DNA of 64,000 nucleotides from Clostridia bacterium (GCA_030527235.1 JAUNBL010000001.1:10294-74293); one strand, 5' to 3'; positions 10,048 to 17,867 are shown, counted from the stretch's first letter. Translations and numbers: made by a program. Notes: generated by a model not told the origin, from the sequence alone.

Positions 10048-10068
10048 AAGAATTGGAGGAACAAATAA

Positions 10069-11586
10069 ATGAGTTATACACCAAACATAAATTTGATGCT
10101 TACTCCCGAAGATGATACCAGCACAACATTCAAGCAGTGGCGTACTGGTATGAACGGCGAGGATAGCGATTCTAACATGATGAAAATTGATGAAGCTGTC
10201 GGTGCTCTTGATGAACACTGCGATAGACTTCAGGCTAAAGTCGATACCGTATCGAGCAAGGTATTCGGCGAGTCCCCTCAGACTTGGGCAGATGTCCAAA
10301 CTATTGTTCGTAGCGGTGCAGCGTCTCAATATTTTGATGTTGGAGACCAGTTCATCGTTGAGAGATTAACAGGCGTAACAGCTTCTGTGGGAGAAAGTGA
10401 GGGCATATCTGCTGTGACCGTTGACTCAAACACATTTGTTGATGGTATGGGCGAGGTACACGCAGGTGATTATCTTTTCACATACGACGGCGTGTCTTGG
10501 AGAAATGAGGTTGGTGAAATAGTAAACATTGAAACGCTTGGTATTACATACACAGGCACGCCAACTGCCGGAGATAACATTACTGTTACAGAAGCCTCTA
10601 CACAATTAGCTTTCGATGTTATTGGCATTGACCATGACACTCCTGCTGACGCAAACCACACTCACAGTATGACATTACAACTCCACAACTTATGGTCAAG
10701 TACTATGACATATGATGCAGCCGAGGCTATGTTCGCAGTAGATGCAGAAACATATCCCGATGGTCTTCCCGCCGGAACTTATAACTTTACTTGGAATTAT
10801 GCGACCGGTAGTATGGTAAATGGTACCTATCAGTTTACTATTGAACAACCGATACCGATTGGCGGTCAGATTGTTATTGAAACAAACTCAAGCTCTACCG
10901 CCATCACCTCTTGTAAAATTAAAACATATGCAACTGCTGGTGCAACAAAAACTATCGAAACTAATATTGCAATTATAACGGGTACAGAAGGTACAAGTCT
11001 TGGCACGATATTAAGTACAACTTCTTCTGCGACAAATCTCAACTGTGCTCAGCGTATTATGTGGGGTTCAAACAACTGGAGTGAGTCCTCTCTTCGTCAG
11101 TGGTTAAATACAGATGCGGCAGCAAACTCTTGGTGGGAACCTAAGACTGTCTTTGATAGACCCGCAAACACTGATAGTGTTGGTTTCTTAAAAGATTTAG
11201 ACCCCGCATTCCTCGATGTTATTGGAGATGTGACAAAGACAACTCAATTGAGTGTTTCTGATGACTATGGTTTAGAGACATCTACTGAACGCTTCTTCTT
11301 ACTTTCAAGACCTGAAGTTTACGCGGGTACTGAAAGAAGTGCAGACGGAACAGATGGCACAGTATACGTATACTATGGCGCTGGCTATTCTGATTTGACC
11401 GCTCCGGGTACCGGTGCAGACTCAAATAGAATTAAATACAGAAATGGCAGTGCAACATATTGGTGGTTGCGTACTCCTCATTCTACCGTCGGTGGCCATG
11501 TTCGTAATGTCCACCCAACGGGCTCCTTGAACATCTACAATGCCAACAACAGTACCGGTGTGGCTCCGGCTTGCGTAATCGTGTAA
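10069..11586 (+). CDS. Tail fibre / receptor-binding protein, the DGR target (VR at the extreme C-terminus)
   Basis: 505 aa with a tail-fibre-like N-terminus, MSYTPNINLMLTPEDD..SN.MKIDEAV. The C-terminus ...YWWLRTPHSTVGGHVRNVHPTGSLNIYNANNSTGVAPACVIV contains the VR. Confidence 0.85.
   Translation: MSYTPNINLMLTPEDDTSTTFKQWRTGMNGEDSDSNMMKIDEAVGALDEHCDRLQAKVDTVSSKVFGESPQTWADVQTIVRSGAASQYFDVGDQFIVERLTGVTASVGESEGISAVTVDSNTFVDGMGEVHAGDYLFTYDGVSWRNEVGEIVNIETLGITYTGTPTAGDNITVTEASTQLAFDVIGIDHDTPADANHTHSMTLQLHNLWSSTMTYDAAEAMFAVDAETYPDGLPAGTYNFTWNYATGSMVNGTYQFTIEQPIPIGGQIVIETNSSSTAITSCKIKTYATAGATKTIETNIAIITGTEGTSLGTILSTTSSATNLNCAQRIMWGSNNWSESSLRQWLNTDAAANSWWEPKTVFDRPANTDSVGFLKDLDPAFLDVIGDVTKTTQLSVSDDYGLETSTERFFLLSRPEVYAGTERSADGTDGTVYVYYGAGYSDLTAPGTGADSNRIKYRNGSATYWWLRTPHSTVGGHVRNVHPTGSLNIYNANNSTGVAPACVIV
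11465..11570 (+). repeat. DGR variable repeat (VR)
   Basis: It aligns without gaps over 106 nt to 12235-12340. There are 14 mismatches, and at every one TR has A. The 3' end is the invariant GC-rich GGTGTGGCTCCGG. Confidence 0.9.
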
Positions 11587-11725
11587 TAATCCAGCCGACA
11601 GGGTGATTATTATAGATTATTTTACAATGGGTACACCCCTTATGGTTATGAGCGTAGGGAGCTGTTATGTAGGTGGTGTAGTCGCAGGTGTAAAACAATC
11701 ACAAAAATCATAGGAGGTATCAAAA

Positions 11726-12184
11726 ATGAGCGTACCAGAAGGTAAGAGAAAAATAGGCAAACTCACGATTGAGACTGAGGGTGAGAAGCTTTTGCAGTAT
11801 ATTATTGATGTTACAGTTAAATATTACCTACCTCCTACGCACGAAGACAACATATCGTCACAGAGTAAAATAGTTGAATATGCAAATGCTAAATGGTTTG
11901 CCGAATGTATGAGGTCTGAAATGTTATCGTGTCTTTCTAATATTCAAGCTGCAAATAAAATTGTAGTTCTTGACGAAGAAAGCTACCACGAAAGAAGGCT
12001 TTGTCAAACACAAGCAGAACGATGTGTTGAAAAGGTGTTAACTGCTTCTACACTTATGTATCGCAAAAAGCTAATTAAAAGCAAAAGGATTAAGTTTATA
12101 GGGCAACAGATTTATCATATAAAGCGTATGCTACAAAACTGGCGTAAATCTGATAAAGCCCGATATACAAACCGCGAGCAATAA
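11726..12184 (+). CDS. avd: DGR accessory variability determinant (Avd-like helical protein)
   Basis: A 152-aa basic helical protein lying between the target gene and TR. This is the canonical Avd position. The call rests on size, position and composition only. Confidence 0.65.
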   Translation: MSVPEGKRKIGKLTIETEGEKLLQYIIDVTVKYYLPPTHEDNISSQSKIVEYANAKWFAECMRSEMLSCLSNIQAANKIVVLDEESYHERRLCQTQAERCVEKVLTASTLMYRKKLIKSKRIKFIGQQIYHIKRMLQNWRKSDKARYTNREQ

Positions 12185-12234
12185 TATTTAGGGGTAGTCG
12201 TTGTAAGAAGTTCCGTGCTGTTTTGGGGTTCCCG

Positions 12235-12340
12235 GGTTGCGTACTCCTAATTCAACCAACGGTAACAATGTTCGTAATGTCAACCCAACGGGCAACTTGA
12301 ACAACAACAATGCCAACAACAGTAACGGTGTGGCTCCGGA
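12235..12340 (+). repeat. DGR template repeat (TR)
   Basis: Non-coding copy of the VR. In the VR frame it reads LRTPNSTNGNNVRNVNPTGNLNNNNANNSNGVAPD, which is rich in AAC/AAT codons. Confidence 0.9.
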
Positions 12341-12521
12341 TTGGGTGGAAAAGTAAGTAGTAGCACTATATGTGACGAAACCGAATACCCACGCAAGGAA
12401 TGACTATCCCTGCCGTTAAAGGTGAAACTGGTGCGTCGATGCAGTCTACTCAACCAACGGTAGTAGGTACTCGCTATACACGGCGCACAAACAAAAAAAT
12501 AACAATCGAAAGAGGTGCTTA

Positions 12522-13626
12522 ATGAACACTACAAGTGCACCTGCTGTTCGTGAAACAGCTTGTGACTTTGAAAGTCTATATAACGCTATGAATGTTTGCA
12601 AAGGAGATGTTATGTGGAAAGACAGCGTTGCTGGCTGGGTTAAGAACGGAATAATCAATTGTGCCAAGCTTGAGGAACAATTAAATACTGGCACATACTC
12701 AATAGACGAGTATTCACGATTTACGATATTTGAACCGAAAAAGCGCGATATTGTAAGTACTCGTTTCAAAGACAGGGTGTTTCAAAGAAGTCTTTGTGAT
12801 ACCTATCTAACAAAACAAATCACAAAATCATTTATATATGATAATGGTGCTTGTCTTGAAGACAAAGGGACGGAGTTTGCACGAAGAAGAATTATCGCAC
12901 ATATGCAAAAGTTCTACCGTAAACACGGTCGTAACGGGTATGTATTAAAGTGTGACATAACTAATTACTTTGGTTCTACTCCTCATAGCGTTGTTAAAGA
13001 TAAAGTGAAAATGTTATGTGATGATAAGTGGGCGTATTTAGAACTATGCAGAATCATCGATAGTTTTTGGAACGCCAGACAATCCAGATGTTGGAATGGG
13101 TTTGGGTTCGCAGGTGACACAACTGTGTCAGCTTGCAGTGTTAAACGATATCGATCACGGGCTAAAAGAGCGAAAGCGAATTAAACACTATGTTAGGTAT
13201 ATGGACGATTTAATACTTATTCACCAAGACAAAGAAGTATTGAAGGATTGTCTTAATTATATCAAAACCGAGATGGCTGATATGGGGTTAAAATTAAGTG
13301 AAAAGAAAACACAAATATTCCCTATCACTCAACCAATTCATTTCCTTGGATTTTCACTTCGTCTAACAGAGACAGGCAAAGTCGTTAAGAAAGTTCTGTC
13401 CAAGAAAGTATCGCACGAGCGTCGCAAATTAAAGCGTATGGTGGGTCTTGTTGAAAATGGGAAGATGACCCGCGAGAAGGTTGATAAGTGCTTTGAGTCT
13501 TGGTTGGCGCACGCCACGGCAGAGCCATCTCCTCAAAGGAAAGGAACACCTTTTCTTTGTAGGTCAGATGATTATTTCACTATAGAAAATATGAAACGAT
13601 TTTATAAAACGATATGGGAGGTTTAG
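12522..13626 (+). pseudogene. DGR reverse transcriptase, split by a +1 frameshift in a T5 run (13064-13068)
   Basis: The ORFs 12522-13184 and 13096-13626 overlap. The second frame is open from 13042 and reads ...GTPDNPDVGMGLGSQVTQLCQLAVLNDIDH...YVRYMDDLILI, containing the DGR-type GxxxSQ motif and YMDD. Removing one T fuses them as IIDSF-GTPDNPDVGMGLGSQ. Confidence 0.85.
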
Positions 13627-13627
13627 T

Positions 13628-13801
13628 ATGCAGTATTTATCACTTAAAGACCAGCTCTTAAAAGAGCGTCAAAAAAATGCAGCTCTTACTGCTGAAGCAG
13701 ATAAGAATACAGCAGATATAGATTACATCGCAATGATGTGTGATGTTGAACTTACCGTACCCGAAAACGAGGGTATGAATAACGAAACTGAGGAGGGTTA
13801 A
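13628..13801 (+). CDS. Small phage protein (57 aa)
   Basis: Own translation gives MQYLSLKDQLLKERQKNAALTAEADKNTADIDYIAMMCDVELTVPENEGMNNETEEG. It starts 2 nt after the RT stop and is below the ORF-track cutoff. Confidence 0.5.
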   Translation: MQYLSLKDQLLKERQKNAALTAEADKNTADIDYIAMMCDVELTVPENEGMNNETEEG

Positions 13802-13804
13802 TAA

Positions 13805-13954
13805 ATGGAACACGGTGCAAAGTTTTATAAGGTGAAAAACTACTATGACCGTGGTCTTTGGGATGAAACTCGTGTAGCTAATGCAGTTCTCAAAGGCTGG
13901 ATTACCGTAGATGAATACGAGGAAATCGTAGGCAAGAAATATGAAGAAGTATAA
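13805..13954 (+). CDS. XkdX-like small phage protein (49 aa)
   Basis: Own translation gives MEHGAKFYKVKNYYDRGLWDETRVANAVLKGWITVDEYEEIVGKKYEEV. The KGWIT..EY..I pattern matches XkdX-family proteins as I recall them. Confidence 0.6.
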   Translation: MEHGAKFYKVKNYYDRGLWDETRVANAVLKGWITVDEYEEIVGKKYEEV

Positions 13955-13968
13955 TAGGAGGAGATATA

Positions 13969-14187
13969 ATGGCAATTAGTGTTTATTATTACAAAGACGA
14001 GCCTACAGCTCCACACCGTACATTCTTATGTGATTCTGACGCAGATATAGATAATCTTCCAACACAAACGAAGAAGACTGCGGATTATCCCAACGGAACA
14101 CCTACCGGTTCTACTGCGTTGGTAGTGACATCTGATGGTGTTAGTGTGTGGATTTTGAATAACATAGGGAATTGGATAAAAATATAA
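13969..14187 (+). CDS. Phage protein, unknown function (72 aa)
   Basis: ORF with GGAGGAG upstream, co-oriented in the phage late operon. Confidence 0.5.
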   Translation: MAISVYYYKDEPTAPHRTFLCDSDADIDNLPTQTKKTADYPNGTPTGSTALVVTSDGVSVWILNNIGNWIKI

Positions 14188-14198
14188 GGAGGTAGCTT

Positions 14199-14996
14199 AT
14201 GATTGATTTTATTACATATGCGGCATCCGTTACAAAGGCTACCAAGAACGCGAAAAATTATACAGATAGCGTTATATCAATGCTGCCAAACGGTATCGTG
14301 TACAAAGGTGGTGTTAGTTATTTTTCAAGCCTTCCGTCAAATCCAGATATCGGAGATGCTTATATAATTAAATATACAGGGTCAGAAGGTACAAATCCTG
14401 ACGGCAGGGAGTATGTATGGGGCGAATATGACGGCACACCGCAATGGATTTTAATTTCGGGAGTATCAGATATAATAGATTCGAGCGGAGAATCAATAGT
14501 ATCAAACGGGATAGCGGTAATACCGGACGCTATGACAACGCTTCCGAGCGAACTCTTTGGAAAGACATTCAATACTGCCGAAAGTCTTATAGCCGCTGCA
14601 AATTCTGCGTTTAGTGCAGGACATATTAAAATGTCAAATGTGTACAGAGGCGGAATTAACACAAATACAATGCTGTTAAAAAATAACGGCGATTACTTTG
14701 TGGGGAATATCGAACTGTGGCTAAGCGTAGTTCCAAATACAAGCAACAGTGCTGTTTATATATTCGAGGCTATTTCAGTTACGGATGCGCCATATCTTTG
14801 GCAGTGTTATGCCTGTGCTGACGGAAGAAACACCGATTGGATAGTTTCACCCACACGAGCAGAACTTAAACTGCATACAGACAGCAATGTAACATCGGAA
14901 GAGGGAGCTCATAATTTGAGATATCATAACAATACTTTGGAATACTTTGACGGAACTGACTGGGTGGCTTTGTCTATTGCAAATTTATTTATTTAA
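14199..14996 (+). CDS. Phage protein, unknown function (265 aa; possibly fibre-associated)
   Basis: ORF with AAGGAGG upstream. It is the last gene before a strong terminator. Confidence 0.5.
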   Translation: MIDFITYAASVTKATKNAKNYTDSVISMLPNGIVYKGGVSYFSSLPSNPDIGDAYIIKYTGSEGTNPDGREYVWGEYDGTPQWILISGVSDIIDSSGESIVSNGIAVIPDAMTTLPSELFGKTFNTAESLIAAANSAFSAGHIKMSNVYRGGINTNTMLLKNNGDYFVGNIELWLSVVPNTSNSAVYIFEAISVTDAPYLWQCYACADGRNTDWIVSPTRAELKLHTDSNVTSEEGAHNLRYHNNTLEYFDGTDWVALSIANLFI

Positions 14997-15008
14997 TTAA
15001 TTAAATAT

Positions 15009-15037
15009 ACCGCCGCCATATTCGGGCGGCGGTTTTA
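15009..15037 (+). terminator. Rho-independent terminator of the tail/DGR operon
   Basis: ACCGCCGCC-atattcg-GGCGGCGGT followed by TTTT. Confidence 0.8.
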
Positions 15038-15055
15038 TGCTATGGAGGGATAGTT

Positions 15056-15397
15056 TTGAAAAACAAAAACAATAATCCCGTTTGTAAATTGCTAAATAAT
15101 ATCAAGAAAATGATTTGTGTGATATTAGAAAAGCGGGACAAAGAATATTCAAAAAGATTACTCACTCGAATCATAAATCACTCACTTTTTATGATGTGGG
15201 CATCGTATGCTCTTGCGTGGTTTGGGCGCACTGATATTGCAGAAACATTATCTAAAACAATTGTCACTTCGGTGATAGCGGTTGTGATTGGATATCTTAC
15301 TAAATCTGTTATCGAGAACATCAGTAAAAACACGACTACCTTTGGTAAAAATATCGAAATGGAACACAATATTAATAAAGATATGCGAGATTGTTAG
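15056..15397 (+). CDS. Putative holin / small membrane protein
   Basis: 113 aa, TTG start with GGAGGGA upstream. It has two hydrophobic segments (LFMMWASYALAWFG and VTSVIAVVIGYL) and sits at the head of the lysis cassette. Confidence 0.5.
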   Translation: MKNKNNNPVCKLLNNIKKMICVILEKRDKEYSKRLLTRIINHSLFMMWASYALAWFGRTDIAETLSKTIVTSVIAVVIGYLTKSVIENISKNTTTFGKNIEMEHNINKDMRDC

Positions 15398-15408
15398 GAG
15401 GTTATAAA

Positions 15409-15573
15409 ATGGATAACAAACCTGATGTATGGGCACAGGAAGCTGTAGAATGGGCAGTCGAGAACAAGGTTTTGTTTGGAGATGAGAACGGCAATTATAA
15501 GTTGCATGATACTTGTACGAGACAGGAAATGTTAGTGTTTCTTGACAGAGTATACAATCTGATTAAAGCCTGA
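15409..15573 (+). CDS. Free-standing cell-wall-binding (SLH-like) domain protein, a paralogue of the endolysin C-terminus
   Basis: ATG 15409 with TAGGAGG upstream. MDNKPDVWAQEAVEWAVENKVLFGDENGNYKLHDTCTRQEMLVFLDRVYNLIKA aligns with endolysin residues DNVPDAWAETAVQNAIDNKIIFGDDTGDLKLHKNCTRQEMLVFLYRFYKNII. Confidence 0.6.
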   Translation: MDNKPDVWAQEAVEWAVENKVLFGDENGNYKLHDTCTRQEMLVFLDRVYNLIKA

Positions 15574-15607
15574 TTCTCTGTATTTTTTTAAAGGAGGATG
15601 TGTTAGT

Positions 15608-16516
15608 ATGACAGCACAAAAAATAATTAATATGGCAGCATCTCAGATTGGAACAAAGGAGTCCCCTGCAAATTCGAACAACGTTAAGTATAATACCGAC
15701 TATTATGGTCGGGCAGTAAGTGGCTCAAGTTACCCTTGGTGTTGTGCATTTATATGGTGGATATTTAATGCTTGCGGCGCTTCCGAGCTTTTTTATGGTG
15801 GAAAAAAAACCGCATATTGTCCTACTGTCGAAAGCTATTACAAGGCAAATGGAATGTGGTTTAATTCCGGCAAGCCGGGGGATTTGGTTTTATTTGACTT
15901 TACCGGCAAGGGAATTTCCGGACATATTGGAATTGTAGAATCCGCTAATTCCGATGGTTCATATACAACAATTGAAGGTAACACCGGTTCCGGAAATGAT
16001 GCCAATGGCGGAACAGTAATGAGAAGGACTCGTTATAAATCTTCTATTCGTGGATTTGCGAGACCTAACTATGCGAGTGATGTTATTCAGTTTACTGAGA
16101 CATCTGTAAACCTCATAGGTACAATAAATGCAAGCGTTTTAAATATAAGAAAACAACCGTCAACGGCATCTGAAATTATCGGCAAACACAGCAATGGAGA
16201 TGTTGTTAATATAACGGCAAAAACAGATAATGGTTGGTACAGAGTTGATTATCCCAATATTGGCACAGGTTATCTGTATGCCGATTATGTATCAGTGGCA
16301 GAGCCGACACCCGAACCTGTTGTGCAACAACCTTATACTCCACCGACCGAAGAAAAAGATAACGTTCCCGACGCTTGGGCGGAAACTGCCGTTCAGAATG
16401 CTATTGATAATAAAATCATTTTCGGTGATGATACCGGGGATTTAAAATTACATAAAAATTGTACAAGACAGGAGATGCTTGTATTCTTATATAGGTTTTA
16501 TAAAAACATAATTTAG
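15608..16516 (+). CDS. Endolysin: CHAP amidase/peptidase + SH3-like + SLH-like wall-binding domain
   Basis: 302 aa. The CHAP Cys is in YPWCCAFIWW and the His in GHIGIV. The middle segment NASVLNIRKQPS...GWYRV is SH3b-like. The C-terminus is an SLH-like module. Confidence 0.85.
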   Translation: MTAQKIINMAASQIGTKESPANSNNVKYNTDYYGRAVSGSSYPWCCAFIWWIFNACGASELFYGGKKTAYCPTVESYYKANGMWFNSGKPGDLVLFDFTGKGISGHIGIVESANSDGSYTTIEGNTGSGNDANGGTVMRRTRYKSSIRGFARPNYASDVIQFTETSVNLIGTINASVLNIRKQPSTASEIIGKHSNGDVVNITAKTDNGWYRVDYPNIGTGYLYADYVSVAEPTPEPVVQQPYTPPTEEKDNVPDAWAETAVQNAIDNKIIFGDDTGDLKLHKNCTRQEMLVFLYRFYKNII

Positions 16517-16531
16517 TTAGGTGGTGCATAT

Positions 16532-16927
16532 ATGAACAACATTGTAAACTTTATTTCTGCATATTGGATTGAGATTGTAAGTTGCATACTGATAGTTATT
16601 GGGACAATTACCGGAATTGTAAAATTCCTTTCACAACCTAAAGCTAAACAGATTGAACAAATCAAGGCTTGGTTGCTCGGTGCAGTAACCCTTGCCGAAG
16701 CCGAATTTGGCAGCGGCACAGGAAAAATAAAGCTTTCTGTTGTCTACGACGCTTTTGTTGAAAAGTTTCCGTGGATTGCGAAATTTCTTTCATTTACAAT
16801 TTTCGGCAAATATGTTGACGAAGCTTTGGTAGAAATGAGAAAGCTGTTATCGACAAATGAGGCTGTTGCTGCGATTGTTGAATCTCCGGACAGCATTAAA
16901 ACTGAAATCAACACTGAGGAGGGTTAA
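16532..16927 (+). CDS. Holin-like protein (LL-H-type?)
   Basis: 131 aa with an N-terminal TM segment (IEIVSCILIVIGTITGIV), lying next to the endolysin. Confidence 0.5.
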   Translation: MNNIVNFISAYWIEIVSCILIVIGTITGIVKFLSQPKAKQIEQIKAWLLGAVTLAEAEFGSGTGKIKLSVVYDAFVEKFPWIAKFLSFTIFGKYVDEALVEMRKLLSTNEAVAAIVESPDSIKTEINTEEG

Positions 16928-16930
16928 TCA

Positions 16931-17317
16931 ATGACTGAGAATGAAAAAGTATTACTGGAATGCGAGCAAAGGTCTAAGTCTAACTCCCACAGAATTGACG
17001 GTCTCGAAAAAGATATGAAGGAAATGAAAGAAGATAATAAAGCTATTTACAAAATTGCCACTTCGGTTGAAGTAATGGCAGAAAAGCTTGGAAATATTGA
17101 AGAAAAAGTTGACGAGACTAACCGCAAGGTTGACGAAACAGCTAAAGCTCAAAGAATTTCCGAGGATAGATTTTTGCAAAGAGTTGCAGATATAGAAGGT
17201 CAACCTGCAATTCAGCTTCAAAAGAATGTAAACGAGATTAAAGTTAAAGTGATTACAGCGATTATAACCTTTCTTGTAACAGGTGCGCTTGGCGCTTTGA
17301 TTTATTTTGCGAAATAA
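16931..17317 (+). CDS. XhlA-like coiled-coil protein with a C-terminal TM anchor
   Basis: 128 aa. MTENEKVLLECEQRSKSNSHRIDGLEKDMKEMKE... plus the C-terminal TM VITAIITFLVTGALGALIYF. This architecture is typical of XhlA in PBSX-type lysis cassettes. Confidence 0.55.
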   Translation: MTENEKVLLECEQRSKSNSHRIDGLEKDMKEMKEDNKAIYKIATSVEVMAEKLGNIEEKVDETNRKVDETAKAQRISEDRFLQRVADIEGQPAIQLQKNVNEIKVKVITAIITFLVTGALGALIYFAK

Positions 17318-17349
17318 TAAAACGAAAGCAATCCGAGTTTCGGTGTCGG

Positions 17350-17412
17350 TTATCGACGGACGATAACACGACGTTTCACAGTTCTTTGAACTGTTACTTT
17401 GGTTTTACCCAT
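17350..17412 (-). CDS. Micro-ORF A, 20 aa: MGKTKVTVQRTVKRRVIVRR
   Basis: GGAGGT, then 7 nt, then ATG. Its last 10 codons align to micro-ORF B with 8 identical residues, 6 of them encoded by codons differing only at the third position. Confidence 0.5.
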   Translation of the reverse strand: MGKTKVTVQRTVKRRVIVRR

Positions 17413-17549
17413 ACATAACACCTCCCTTCAATATACACCACCCTTGCCTTACGGCTCCGTTGTTTGGAACGGTGTGGGATGGTTGTGGTAGTTTACCACA
17501 CTGCATAGCAGTAAATATTGAAAGGAATAATTTTCTCGGATTGCTCTCA
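17413..17549 (-). promoter_or_regulatory. Structured 5' leader A (candidate cis-regulatory RNA)
   Basis: The closing helix pairs 17515-17525 with 17424-17434 and overlaps the SD. The internal hairpins at 17485-17499 and 17457-17472 have the same architecture as leader B, with compensatory changes. Confidence 0.45.
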
Positions 17550-17555
17550 AAGAGC

Positions 17556-17584
17556 AGTATATCATAAAAGTTTTATACATGCAA
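17556..17584 (-). promoter_or_regulatory. Promoter of unit A
   Basis: On the minus strand: TTGCAT-N17-TATACT, with a TG one base upstream of the -10 (extended -10). Confidence 0.5.
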
Positions 17585-17618
17585 GCATAAGATGAAAGCA
17601 ACCCTTTCACTACGCCGC

Positions 17619-17693
17619 TTACTTGCGAACAAATACACGGCGTTTAACGGTTACTCGAACCGTTTTCTTGATAGTCACAATGACCTTAGCCAC
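17619..17693 (-). CDS. Micro-ORF B, 24 aa: (M)AKVIVTIKKTVRVTVKRRVFVRK, GTG start
   Basis: GGAGGT, then 7 nt, then GTG. It is a paralogue of micro-ORF A, and differences between them are mostly synonymous. Confidence 0.5.
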   Translation of the reverse strand: MAKVIVTIKKTVRVTVKRRVFVRK

Positions 17694-17832
17694 AGGACAT
17701 ACCTCCTTTCAATATGCCACCCTTGACCATATAGGCTCCGTTTCGTGTGGAAACGGCGTGGGATGTGCTGTGCTTGTTAAGCACTTCTGTATGCAGAAAT
17801 ATTGAAAGATTTTTAGTGTTAGGGCTGCTTTC
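17694..17832 (-). promoter_or_regulatory. Structured 5' leader B (candidate cis-regulatory RNA)
   Basis: The closing helix pairs 17799-17809 with 17705-17715 and overlaps the SD. Internal hairpins lie at 17770-17784 (loop AAC) and 17738-17756. Confidence 0.45.
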
Positions 17833-17838
17833 TGATAC

Positions 17839-17867
17839 ATTATAACACAAAATTTTATCAAATGTAA
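17839..17867 (-). promoter_or_regulatory. Promoter of unit B
   Basis: On the minus strand: TTACAT-N17-TATAAT, preceded by TGT (extended -10, TGnTATAAT). Confidence 0.55.

Noticed and set aside
13658-13975. 105-aa minus-strand ORF downstream of the RT
   Set aside because: Hydrophobic, low-complexity antisense product. The same interval is better explained by two plus-strand small phage genes with tight spacing, one of them XkdX-like.
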